64,000 bases of DNA from Patescibacteria group bacterium (GTDB taxonomy: Bacteria > Patescibacteriota > Patescibacteriia > UBA1558 > UBA10009), in NCBI GenBank assembly GCA_041662565.1, contig JBAZSE010000001.1:129084-193083 (forward strand), given 5' to 3'. Below the pieces are notes generated by a model. It had not been told where the DNA came from, made no database searches, and was given only the letters and a program-made list of their open reading frames with translations. This document shows, piece by piece, positions 19,808 to 28,049 of the stretch. The translations under genes and the position numbers were made by a program. Every line of letters starts with the position of its first letter. The stretch's first letter is position 1.

Positions 19808-21268
19808 ATGAAGAAAATAAAAGAAATTTATTGGGAGCAACTTTATACCAGGCGTTTTAGTATTCATAAACTTGATGTTTTTTTATCGCATATAGGCAAA
19901 GAGCTGAAAAAAAATTTTTCCGCCGATCTGACCAATATTTTAATTATCGGCCAAGGCTTGGAAGCTAAATGGTATTTTGACAAAAATCAATTTAAACGGT
20001 TTGGCGAAAAGGTATTGCGCAAAACAATAAATGATGCAAGAAAAGACGGCAATCACATAAGGGCAATGGTTAACCGAGCTAAGGACGCTCTTAAATCTAT
20101 TTTGAGTTTTAAGCAAATTGATTTTAAAAGTTTAAGCCCAGCTGAATTACTTAGGCATTACCATCATTTTTTACAGGCCGCGGATAGCGCCATTCCGATT
20201 ATTTACGCTCCATTGACGCTTGACAATCAATTATTTGTTTACCTGAAAAAAATATTGGATGGAGTTTATCAAAAGGATCAATCAGAAGCGGTTTTTCATT
20301 TTATAACCCAACCGATTAAGCGTATTCCGATAATTCAACTAGAGATTGATCTTTTAAAATTTTTAAATAAAAATCAGCGATCTAAATTTAGCCATAATAG
20401 TTTGGAGCGATTACGTAAAAAATATCTCTGGTATGGCATGAGTTTTGTTGATAGCCGACCAGCGAAGATCGAGGATTTTATTAAGCTTTTAAAAAAGTAT
20501 AAAAAAAGTCAGTCGCAAGGTAAATTGGCGTTATATCTAAAAGAATCCCAAAAAGTAAGGGTAAAATTCCATAAGATTGTATCTGCTTTTTCGCAGCCGG
20601 ATCGCCGTTTTTTGCGTCTGATAAACCAATATTGTTATTTAATGCAATATCGTGATGTCTGCCGTAGCCTTGTTTTCTATTATGGCCACTTTCTTTATCA
20701 GGAAATTTCCAGAAGATTTGGAATCATTATTAATGATTTAATGTTCTATACCATTGATGAGATGGCCAAGCTTATCGGAACAGGCAAAAGACAGGATAAG
20801 CCGGAAATTCAAAGAAGAAAGAGGCGTTTTATTTATCTAATGATTGATAATCGGGTTAAACTCATTAGTCAGCCTCAAAAGATAAAAAACATCATGACGA
20901 TAATTAATCGGCAGTCTGATAAACCAAGTATTAATAAACACCATAAGTTATTTGGCCACAGTGCCTATCTGGGTAGGGTCCAGGGAAAGGTTAGGATTAT
21001 TAGGATTAACCGCCTGTATCAAGATTTGCTTAGAATCAAAAATGGTGAAATTTTAGTGGCTCATAGCACAAAACCTGATTTTGTGCCGGCAATGAAAAAA
21101 GCGGCGGCAGTTATTACCGATGAAGGCGGAATTACCTGCCACGCGGCGGTTATCAGTCGGGAGCTAAAAATTCCCTGTGTTGTAGGCACTAAAATCGCTA
21201 CTAGGGTTTTTATAACCGGCGATATGGTGGAAGTGGATGCCGACAAAGGCATAGTCAGGAAATTATAA
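19808..21268 (+). CDS. Helical domain plus phospho-His swivel domain, paralog 4
   Basis: GEILVAHSTKPDF...ITDEGGITCHAAVISRELKIPCVVG. Confidence 0.85.
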   Translation: MKKIKEIYWEQLYTRRFSIHKLDVFLSHIGKELKKNFSADLTNILIIGQGLEAKWYFDKNQFKRFGEKVLRKTINDARKDGNHIRAMVNRAKDALKSILSFKQIDFKSLSPAELLRHYHHFLQAADSAIPIIYAPLTLDNQLFVYLKKILDGVYQKDQSEAVFHFITQPIKRIPIIQLEIDLLKFLNKNQRSKFSHNSLERLRKKYLWYGMSFVDSRPAKIEDFIKLLKKYKKSQSQGKLALYLKESQKVRVKFHKIVSAFSQPDRRFLRLINQYCYLMQYRDVCRSLVFYYGHFLYQEISRRFGIIINDLMFYTIDEMAKLIGTGKRQDKPEIQRRKRRFIYLMIDNRVKLISQPQKIKNIMTIINRQSDKPSINKHHKLFGHSAYLGRVQGKVRIIRINRLYQDLLRIKNGEILVAHSTKPDFVPAMKKAAAVITDEGGITCHAAVISRELKIPCVVGTKIATRVFITGDMVEVDADKGIVRKL

Positions 21269-21273
21269 CACTT

Positions 21274-21897
21274 ATGTCTAAAATTTTATATCTTTGGGAT
21301 TTGGCCGACACATGATTTTTGGAAAAATGGAATGCCCAGTTAACTGGTTATGCCACTTTTGATGACTATGCCAAAGCTAAGATAAAAAATCCAACTGACC
21401 CCAGGCAATATGAAAATGCCTTTAAGGAGCCATATATAAATGGAGAAATGTATAATTTGACTTTGGCTGAAGGTTTTAAAGAAGTTTTAACTTGGACCAA
21501 AAACAACGAGGCCTTTACTACCGGCGTTAAAGAGCAAATGGATTGGCGGGCGAGTTATTTAAATCCCAAGGAAGGTTTAGATGTTAGGAGTTTTTTTAAA
21601 AATATAAATACCACTTTTGATTATGCAAAAACCAATATTAAAACCAAGAAAATGTTGATTCAATATTTAAAAAGCAAAATTGACGAAGGTTATAAAACAG
21701 TAGTTTATACCGACGATAAGCTGAAAAATTGCCAGTTATTTAAAGAAGCCATTGATGCGGTTAAGCAACAAGGTTTAAATTTAAATTGCCGGATTTATCA
21801 CATTTTAAATAGTGCCAGTCGTGTTGATAATCAGGGGTGGTATACAGTAATAGGGAACTTGAAAGATTTATTAAAAAGTGAGAAGCTATATTTGTAA
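21274..21897 (+). pseudogene. HAD-superfamily hydrolase-like gene interrupted by in-frame TGA at 21313-21315
   Basis: ATG 21274 reads MSKILYLWDLADT*FLEKW, in frame with the 21319 ORF. WDLADT resembles HAD motif I and VVYTDDKLKN resembles motif IV. Confidence 0.6.
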
Positions 21898-21914
21898 CAA
21901 TTAACCATAAGTAT

Positions 21915-23417
21915 ATGTCTGGAGCAGTTACACATTCGGGAAAATGGCGGATTAAGCCCTCTGGCCAACTGCCAATTTTCTTAAGATTTATCATCAATTC
22001 TTCATTTACTAAGGCCAATGCCAATAAAGCAGGGATTAAAACTGCCATGCCTAACCGTACATATTTAAACCACATGATGTATTGGCGAGCCGAGGAATAT
22101 AATGCTTTTGAAGATGAAATTCTCGGTTATATGAAATCAAATAACGGATGGTTTGAAAAATTTTGTAGTCAACAGTTAAAAATTTGTGAGCAAACATACC
22201 AAACGGGCTTGGAGTTGAAAAAAATTGATTGGTCCATTAAAACCAATCAGCAAATAGCCGATATTTTAGAAAAGCTTCTTCAAGAATATCGTGAGCTGAC
22301 TTGCCCGTGGTATACCCAGTATCCTCTGGATGAATATTTTGAAACAATCATTGAGCAGAAATTATCGGAATATATCAAGGCCGATGAACCGGATTTTAGA
22401 AAATGCGTTTTAATTTTTAGCGATCCCAAAGAAATGACCGAGGTGGCGGAAGAACGTTGGCGCCTGATGCAAATGGCAAAGGATTTTTTTGCCGCTAAAG
22501 AAGATCTGGATCATTTATCGGCTTCATCTCAAGCCAAGATTAATAACCATTTAGATAAATTTGCCTATATCAATCGAGGTCTGGCAACAAGCAAACCATA
22601 TTCTTACGATGATATAATTAATCGTTTAAAAGAGGTTAAACATCAATTGGCAAATGGTAAAAAAATTAATGATTTGATTTATGAAGTTTCCGCAGAAAAA
22701 ATAGCGGAAGATTATGCTTGGGCGTTGAAAAAAATCAAGCCCAAGAAGGATTTTAAGAGAATCATTGATTTGGCCAGGTTAAATTCCTATTTCCGAAATC
22801 GTAGGGTTGAGGCCTTTTTTAATGCCGATTACGGCGCTAGTTTTGCTTATGCCGAAGTGGCTAAAAGAAATAATTTTAATCCTGATTGGATTATGGAAAT
22901 TTCCGTTCCGGAAATGATGGCGGCTTTAAAAGAAGGCAAGCCATTGCCCAATGATAAAGAGATGAAAATGCGATTAAAAAACTACGCTATGTTGGTTAGA
23001 AATTCGGAAACAGAATTAATTACCGATCCGCAAAGGATCAAAGACCTGGAAAAGGAGTACTCGGTTGAGGTGGAAGAAGCGGAAGAAATCCAGGGTCGCA
23101 TGGCCTGTTTGGGCGGAATTATCAGGGGCCATGCTAAAATTTGTTTGGATAAATCGGAAATCAGCAAAGTTTTAAGAGGGGATATTTTGGTAGCACAATT
23201 TACCACGCCGGATTTTGTGCCAGCCATGGAAAAAGCCGCGGCCATTGTAGCTGATCAAGGCGGCCTTTCTTCGCACGCGGCCATTGTTTCTCGAGAATTA
23301 GGGGTGCCTTGCGTGATTGCCACTAAAAATGGTACTCGGGTTATTAAGGAAAATGATTTATTGGAAATTAACGGTCAAACTGGATTGGTAAAAATTATTA
23401 AAAGAGCTGATAAGTAA
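21915..23417 (+). CDS. Helical domain plus phospho-His swivel domain, paralog 5
   Basis: GDILVAQFTTPDF...VADQGGLSSHAAIVSRELGVPCVIA. Confidence 0.85.
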   Translation: MSGAVTHSGKWRIKPSGQLPIFLRFIINSSFTKANANKAGIKTAMPNRTYLNHMMYWRAEEYNAFEDEILGYMKSNNGWFEKFCSQQLKICEQTYQTGLELKKIDWSIKTNQQIADILEKLLQEYRELTCPWYTQYPLDEYFETIIEQKLSEYIKADEPDFRKCVLIFSDPKEMTEVAEERWRLMQMAKDFFAAKEDLDHLSASSQAKINNHLDKFAYINRGLATSKPYSYDDIINRLKEVKHQLANGKKINDLIYEVSAEKIAEDYAWALKKIKPKKDFKRIIDLARLNSYFRNRRVEAFFNADYGASFAYAEVAKRNNFNPDWIMEISVPEMMAALKEGKPLPNDKEMKMRLKNYAMLVRNSETELITDPQRIKDLEKEYSVEVEEAEEIQGRMACLGGIIRGHAKICLDKSEISKVLRGDILVAQFTTPDFVPAMEKAAAIVADQGGLSSHAAIVSRELGVPCVIATKNGTRVIKENDLLEINGQTGLVKIIKRADK

Positions 23418-23421
23418 TAAT

Positions 23422-24432
23422 ATGGAAAAAGAACAAAATTTAGGCCAAGTAGAACTAGCTAATGAAGCTTCCATTGAGTCCGAAGCAAAGCCACGCTATC
23501 AGATTTATATTACCAGGCATGCCGAACGCCTGCCGTCCGGCGAACTTACTCCGGAAGGCATTGCACACGCCAAGGCCAAAGGCGAGGCCTTTAAAGATGT
23601 GGAAGTGTTAAAGCAATACGCCAGCGATCATCCCAGTGGTCGGGCTTATGAAACTGCCGAAAATATTGGCGGTCAGGCTAATGTAACTTCATTGCAGACC
23701 GACGAGCGTTATAAAACCAGAAAGGTTAAGGGTATTCAGTACGATCAGCTCCCGCCTAACGTTCTTAAAGACGCTAAATTGTTGATTGAGGGAGCGACTT
23801 TGGCTGAAATTTACCAAGAACACGTTGAATTGGCCGCTTTAATCGACGAGGCAATTGCCAATGACACAACGGGCGCGATGATAAAAAAAGACGTCAGCGG
23901 TCAGCCGATGGTGGATATAGAAAAGCTGCCTAAGGATATTCAGTTAAAAATCGGACCAATCAGGCAAAAACATCAAAAAGAGGGTTTTCAACAGGTAATT
24001 GAAAATCCAGAAGCAGTTAATAATTTGGCCAGTGATTTATCGCATCAGCTTATTGAAAAACAAGAAATTTTAGCCAGGTATGCTTCCGGAAGAGAGAAAA
24101 AGAAAGTTACTACTAAAAAAGATGTAGTGATTAATATCAACACTCATGGTTTATTTGCCGAATCATTACTTAAAACAGCGGGTATTTTTGTGCGTGCCGA
24201 CGGTACGGAAATTCACGGAATTGCTGACCTGGATACACCGGAGTTTGGCGGCTATATTCAGCCGGCCGAGTCGATTATTTTGGATTTAGGCATTGATCCT
24301 AATAACACGCCCGAACGCATTCCAGTTATTTTTGAAGGCAGGCAAATAAAAGGGCGTGTTTATCTTGATAAATCAAAATTACAAGCGCTCGATCAAGTCT
24401 ATCGTTTAGCGCATCAGAGTGATAGAGAATAA
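23422..24432 (+). CDS. Histidine phosphatase superfamily-like protein
   Basis: IYITRHAE (RHG-like), LTPEG, YASD..SGRAYETA, distal ININTHG. Confidence 0.65.
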   Translation: MEKEQNLGQVELANEASIESEAKPRYQIYITRHAERLPSGELTPEGIAHAKAKGEAFKDVEVLKQYASDHPSGRAYETAENIGGQANVTSLQTDERYKTRKVKGIQYDQLPPNVLKDAKLLIEGATLAEIYQEHVELAALIDEAIANDTTGAMIKKDVSGQPMVDIEKLPKDIQLKIGPIRQKHQKEGFQQVIENPEAVNNLASDLSHQLIEKQEILARYASGREKKKVTTKKDVVININTHGLFAESLLKTAGIFVRADGTEIHGIADLDTPEFGGYIQPAESIILDLGIDPNNTPERIPVIFEGRQIKGRVYLDKSKLQALDQVYRLAHQSDRE

Positions 24433-24460
24433 AAAATCAATAAATTTTTATTAATTTTTG

Positions 24461-24491
24461 ACCGGTTAGAGGAAGAACTCTGGCCGGTTTT
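24461..24491 (+). terminator. Intrinsic terminator-like hairpin
   Basis: ACCGGTTAGAG-gaagaa-CTCTGGCCGGT (two G-U pairs) followed by a short T run. Confidence 0.55.
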
Positions 24492-24497
24492 AAAATA

Positions 24498-24527
24498 TTG
24501 TAAGAAAACCCATTTTTGTGTTATAAT
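24498..24527 (+). promoter_or_regulatory. Putative sigma70 promoter with extended -10
   Basis: TTGTAA-18 nt-TATAAT with TGn immediately upstream of TATAAT. Confidence 0.6.
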
Positions 24528-24555
24528 TAGTCATGAAATATGGTTTTTAAAAGTT

Positions 24556-25524
24556 ATGAACACCTTTGTTTTACCCTTTTCCAAAATAAATAAAAAAAGC
24601 GTGGCAATAGCCGGAGGCAAAGGCGCTTCGCTCGGAGAAATGACAACCGCAAAACTGCCTGTTCCGCCAGGATTTGTGGTTTTAGCCAGCACTTTTGATC
24701 AGTTTTTAAATAATACCCCTCCGCCAGTTGGGTGTGGGCAGGATTTAAACGTTTATATCGAAGCGGAGTTAAAAAAAGTTAATCATCAGGATGTTAGTTC
24801 GGTTGATAAGGCATCGCATGTTATTCAGGATATGATTCATAAGGCAACGATGCCTGTTTCAATGGCAGAGGCCATTGTTAAAGAGTATAAAAAATTAAAA
24901 ACCAAGTGGGTGGCAGTCCGTTCATCGGCTACTGCGGAGGATTCTTCAATTGCCTCCTGGGCAGGCGAGTTGGACACTTTTTTGTTCATTGACGATAAAC
25001 ATTTGGTAGAAGCGGTAAAAAAATGCTGGGCCAGTTTATTTACTCCACGCGCCATTTTTTACAGGTTTGAAAAAAAATTGCATAAAACAGCGGTGAGTGT
25101 GGCTGTAGTGGTTCAACAAATGGTTGATTCTCAAATTTCCGGCGTGGCTTTTTCGGTCCACCCGGTTACTAAAGACAAAAATCAGCTGATTATTGAAGCC
25201 GGCTACGGTTTGGGTGAAGCTATAGTTTCGGGCACCATTACGCCCGATAGCTATGTAGTCCATAAAAAAGAAGGTACAATTTTGGATATTAATATTTCCA
25301 AGCAGGAAAAACAGATTATTTTAAAAGCAGGGGGGGGTTCGGTTTTAAAACCTGTAGCCAAGTCAATTCAGGAAAAACAAAAATTAACTGGCAAACAAAT
25401 TATTGAATTGGCCGAAATTGTTAAAAAGATAGAAAAACATTACGGCAAACCCCAGGATATAGAATGGGCCTTATTTAAAAATAAATTTTATATATTGCAG
25501 TCCAGACCAATTACTACTCTATGA
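24556..25524 (+). CDS. Stand-alone PPDK/PEP-synthase N-terminal ATP-grasp (nucleotide-binding) domain
   Basis: AGGKGASLGEM, VPPGFVV, VAVRSSATAED, AVVVQQMV, GYGLGEAIVSG, PQDIEWA, ILQSRPITTL, then stop; no His or PEP-binding domain. Confidence 0.92.
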   Translation: MNTFVLPFSKINKKSVAIAGGKGASLGEMTTAKLPVPPGFVVLASTFDQFLNNTPPPVGCGQDLNVYIEAELKKVNHQDVSSVDKASHVIQDMIHKATMPVSMAEAIVKEYKKLKTKWVAVRSSATAEDSSIASWAGELDTFLFIDDKHLVEAVKKCWASLFTPRAIFYRFEKKLHKTAVSVAVVVQQMVDSQISGVAFSVHPVTKDKNQLIIEAGYGLGEAIVSGTITPDSYVVHKKEGTILDINISKQEKQIILKAGGGSVLKPVAKSIQEKQKLTGKQIIELAEIVKKIEKHYGKPQDIEWALFKNKFYILQSRPITTL

Positions 25525-26783
25525 CAGCAAATAGTTTACAATCTACTAATGATGAAATCCTGGTTATGGATGAAACCGGCCAGTTTCAGGTTTTATCTAA
25601 TGGCGAGCTAAAACCTTTTAATGGCGCTTCTTATCAAACAATTGGTAATGAAGTTGAGGCGACCGAAGAGAAATTACAGCCGATTTTGCCAATGGATACA
25701 GGTTATGAAGAAAAAATGATCCAGCCCCCGCCTCCTGCTTTATATAAACAAACTTCCAGTTTTTATTTTCATCCCGAAGATGAAGAAGAAGCTGCCAAAC
25801 ATAAAGCCAATATACCGGCATCTGGTCCGCAAAAAAAATATTCTTTGGATAAAATCGTTGCCAAAATAGTTGAAAATTATAAATTAACCTTAACGCCCGA
25901 ATTAAACAACAGATTAAGGTCATTGGTTTACAGTTTTTTGCGCGATCGTCGGAGCGAAGCCGATGCCAAGGGTTTGCTGGAGCGGCCGGTTACCGAAGCC
26001 GGTTTGGATTTTGAAAACGGCTTGGCGGAAAATTTATTGGAATTTTTAAAGGAAATTAAAGGTAAGATTTTAACAGCCGGCGGAATAGTGGTTGACGAAA
26101 ACCAGGAGGCGCCTCAAGTTGCTGTTGGTAATATTTCTTCGGTTTCATTGCCCGAAGTTAAAAAGGCCATGCCTGTTGAACTGCCTAAAGATAAGCCGGT
26201 GGCACCAATCCAGCCGGAAGTAAAAATTGAACTGCCAACAAGCCGGCCAACTCCGATTATTAAAACCGTTTCGGATGCTGTTTCTTTAAATCAAGTTGAA
26301 AGTCGTGTGCCCTATGTAACAGAGCCCTTGGTACAGCGCCAGCCCTTGCCTGATTTGCCAGTTGGGGCTTTTAAGCCGTCTATGCCCATTTACACCAAAA
26401 TGGCTCGGCCCGAAAAGCAAGGCGCCAGCCGGATTAACGATATTAAAAAGGATTATAAGCTGGTTGGGCCGGTAGAAGAGTTATCCATATTAACCTTGGA
26501 AACTTTTAGAAGATTGGGCGCTACTACCCAGGAAAGAGTTCAAAAAATCATGAGCAAAATAGATTTGCTAAGCAAAGATTCTTTGGCTAAAAAATCTTTA
26601 GGAATTTCGGCTTGGCGCACCAGTTCGTTATACAAAATGTATGTTTCTTTGGGGCATGCTAGCATGGAGCATAATTTGGATTTAGCAGGCGTAATTAAAG
26701 AATATTCCGCCCAAGGCCAAGAAATTTTAACCATGGAAGAGTTTAATGCCATTACCGATTTAAATAAGCAATTAAGATTCTAA
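25521..26783 (+). CDS. Hypothetical protein with Pro-rich linker, first gene of secretion-like locus
   Basis: 420 aa; ATGA overlap with upstream gene; C-terminal LVGPVEEL...WRTSSLY...EEFNAITDLNKQLRF. Confidence 0.75.
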   Translation: MTANSLQSTNDEILVMDETGQFQVLSNGELKPFNGASYQTIGNEVEATEEKLQPILPMDTGYEEKMIQPPPPALYKQTSSFYFHPEDEEEAAKHKANIPASGPQKKYSLDKIVAKIVENYKLTLTPELNNRLRSLVYSFLRDRRSEADAKGLLERPVTEAGLDFENGLAENLLEFLKEIKGKILTAGGIVVDENQEAPQVAVGNISSVSLPEVKKAMPVELPKDKPVAPIQPEVKIELPTSRPTPIIKTVSDAVSLNQVESRVPYVTEPLVQRQPLPDLPVGAFKPSMPIYTKMARPEKQGASRINDIKKDYKLVGPVEELSILTLETFRRLGATTQERVQKIMSKIDLLSKDSLAKKSLGISAWRTSSLYKMYVSLGHASMEHNLDLAGVIKEYSAQGQEILTMEEFNAITDLNKQLRF

Positions 26784-27241
26784 TGCGCCAATTTACCGTT
26801 CCTCAATTTATTGATGTGGAAGATAAAATCATCGGCCCGATTACCGTTAGGCAGTTTGTGATTTTAATTGTCGGCGGGTTGTTTATATTTTTGGAATACA
26901 AGCTTTCCGATATCACCTTTTTTTTATTCATCGGCATCCCAACAGCTTTGCTGTTTGTGATTTTTGCTTTTGTTAAAATTAACGGAGTGCCTTTTCATTA
27001 TTTTTTATTAAATGTCGGCCAAACCTTTAAAAAACCGGCTTTGCGGGTTTGGCAAAGAACCAGTGCTTCATTTCACCGCCAAGAAAAAGCTGATACAAGT
27101 GTTCAAGCGGCCATAGCACCTTATGTTGCCCGCTCTATGGATAAATCCCATCTTTCCGAACTGGCTTTATTAATTGATACCGGTGGTGTTTATCAGGGCG
27201 AAGGCAGGGGCCAGGATGCTAATTTTAAATTGGAAATTTAA
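26783..27241 (+). CDS. PrgI family (VirB3-like) membrane protein
   Basis: MRQFTVPQFIDVEDKIIGPITVRQF plus two TM helices; upstream of a VirB4-like gene. Confidence 0.85.
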   Translation: MRQFTVPQFIDVEDKIIGPITVRQFVILIVGGLFIFLEYKLSDITFFLFIGIPTALLFVIFAFVKINGVPFHYFLLNVGQTFKKPALRVWQRTSASFHRQEKADTSVQAAIAPYVARSMDKSHLSELALLIDTGGVYQGEGRGQDANFKLEI

Positions 27242-27251
27242 ACAAATCGTT

Positions 27252-27935
27252 ATGTCAGAAAATAAAAATATCGGCAGTAAAATAAAAACCCCTACTCAAA
27301 AATATTTGGATATCGCCGAAATTAAAGACGATACGGTTATTTTGCGCGATGGCGGTTTGCGTTCGGTTTTATTGGTTTCTTCCATTAACTTTGCCTTAAA
27401 AGGTGAAGATGAGCAAAATGCCATTATTCAGGCCTATGTTGGCTTTTTAAATTCTTTATCATTTCCCTTGCAGATCGTGATTCAATCCAGGAATTTAAAT
27501 ATTGACGGTTATTTAACCAAACTGGAAACCTTGGAAAAAGAGCAAACCAATCAATTGTTGCGCATGCAAATTGCCGATTATCGGACATTTTTAAAAGAAC
27601 TTTTGGATCTGGGAGAAATTATGACTAAAAAGTTTTACGTGGTGGTGCCTTACAGCGGTTCCAGTAGGGAAAAAAAGAAATTTTGGGAAATGTTTTTGGA
27701 TTTATTCGCTCCGGCTAGAACCATCAGCTTAAGCCAAAAAAAATTCAACCGCTCTCGCGAGGAATTATTCAAGCGTTTGGATTTTGTTATTTCGGGGCTA
27801 TCCAGCATTGGTTTACACGCTGTACCTCTTGATACCCAAAGTTTGATTGAGCTTTTTTACAATACTTATAATCCCGAAGTAGCCGATGCTCAGAAAATGA
27901 CCAATATCAATAAATTAAGAGTAGAAGAGAATTAA
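27252..27935 (+). CDS. VirB4/TraC-associated protein of CPR type IV secretion-like locus
   Basis: TQKYLDIAEIKDD...SSINFALKGEDEQNAII..Y..FLNSL.FP.QIVIQSR. Probable start is ATG 27252 rather than 27174. Confidence 0.7.
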   Translation: MSENKNIGSKIKTPTQKYLDIAEIKDDTVILRDGGLRSVLLVSSINFALKGEDEQNAIIQAYVGFLNSLSFPLQIVIQSRNLNIDGYLTKLETLEKEQTNQLLRMQIADYRTFLKELLDLGEIMTKKFYVVVPYSGSSREKKKFWEMFLDLFAPARTISLSQKKFNRSREELFKRLDFVISGLSSIGLHAVPLDTQSLIELFYNTYNPEVADAQKMTNINKLRVEEN

Positions 27936-27983
27936 TGCAGTAATCCCTTGAATTATGATGTAGGCCTTGAGCGCAGTCGAAAG

Positions 27984-28037
27984 GCCGATGCTCAAAAGAT
28001 GGCTAATATTACCAAACTACGGGTAGAAGAAAATTAG
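27984..28037 (+). repeat. Diverged direct repeat of the last 18 codons (27882-27935) of the upstream gene
   Basis: ADAQKMANITKLRVEEN* versus ADAQKMTNINKLRVEEN*; 42 of 54 nt identical; same frame. Confidence 0.85.
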
Positions 28038-28049
28038 AAATTAAAAATT

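Noticed and set aside
21313-21315. Genetic code 25 (TGA=Gly) or selenocysteine
   Set aside because: TGA terminates several tightly packed genes, and the long ORFs read through without internal TGA; the position fits Leu, not Cys or Gly.
15444-23417. Integron cassette array
   Set aside because: Genes overlap or are 1-17 nt apart, leaving no room for attC sites; no integrase in the window.
24714-24752. Possible palindrome-derived insertion (TPPPVGCGQ) in the ATP-grasp gene
   Set aside because: GC-rich and odd-looking, but there is no clean inverted repeat; needs an alignment to support it.
15444-25524. Canonical ppsA/ppdK or a fragmented pseudogene of it
   Set aside because: No PEP/pyruvate-binding barrel in the window; five full-length divergent paralogs each keep the His motif; the ATP-grasp gene has its own start, stop and promoter.
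27882-28037. DGR template/variable repeat pair (also considered for 52746/54528)
   Set aside because: Differences are not confined to adenines of one copy and are mostly synonymous; no reverse transcriptase in the window.
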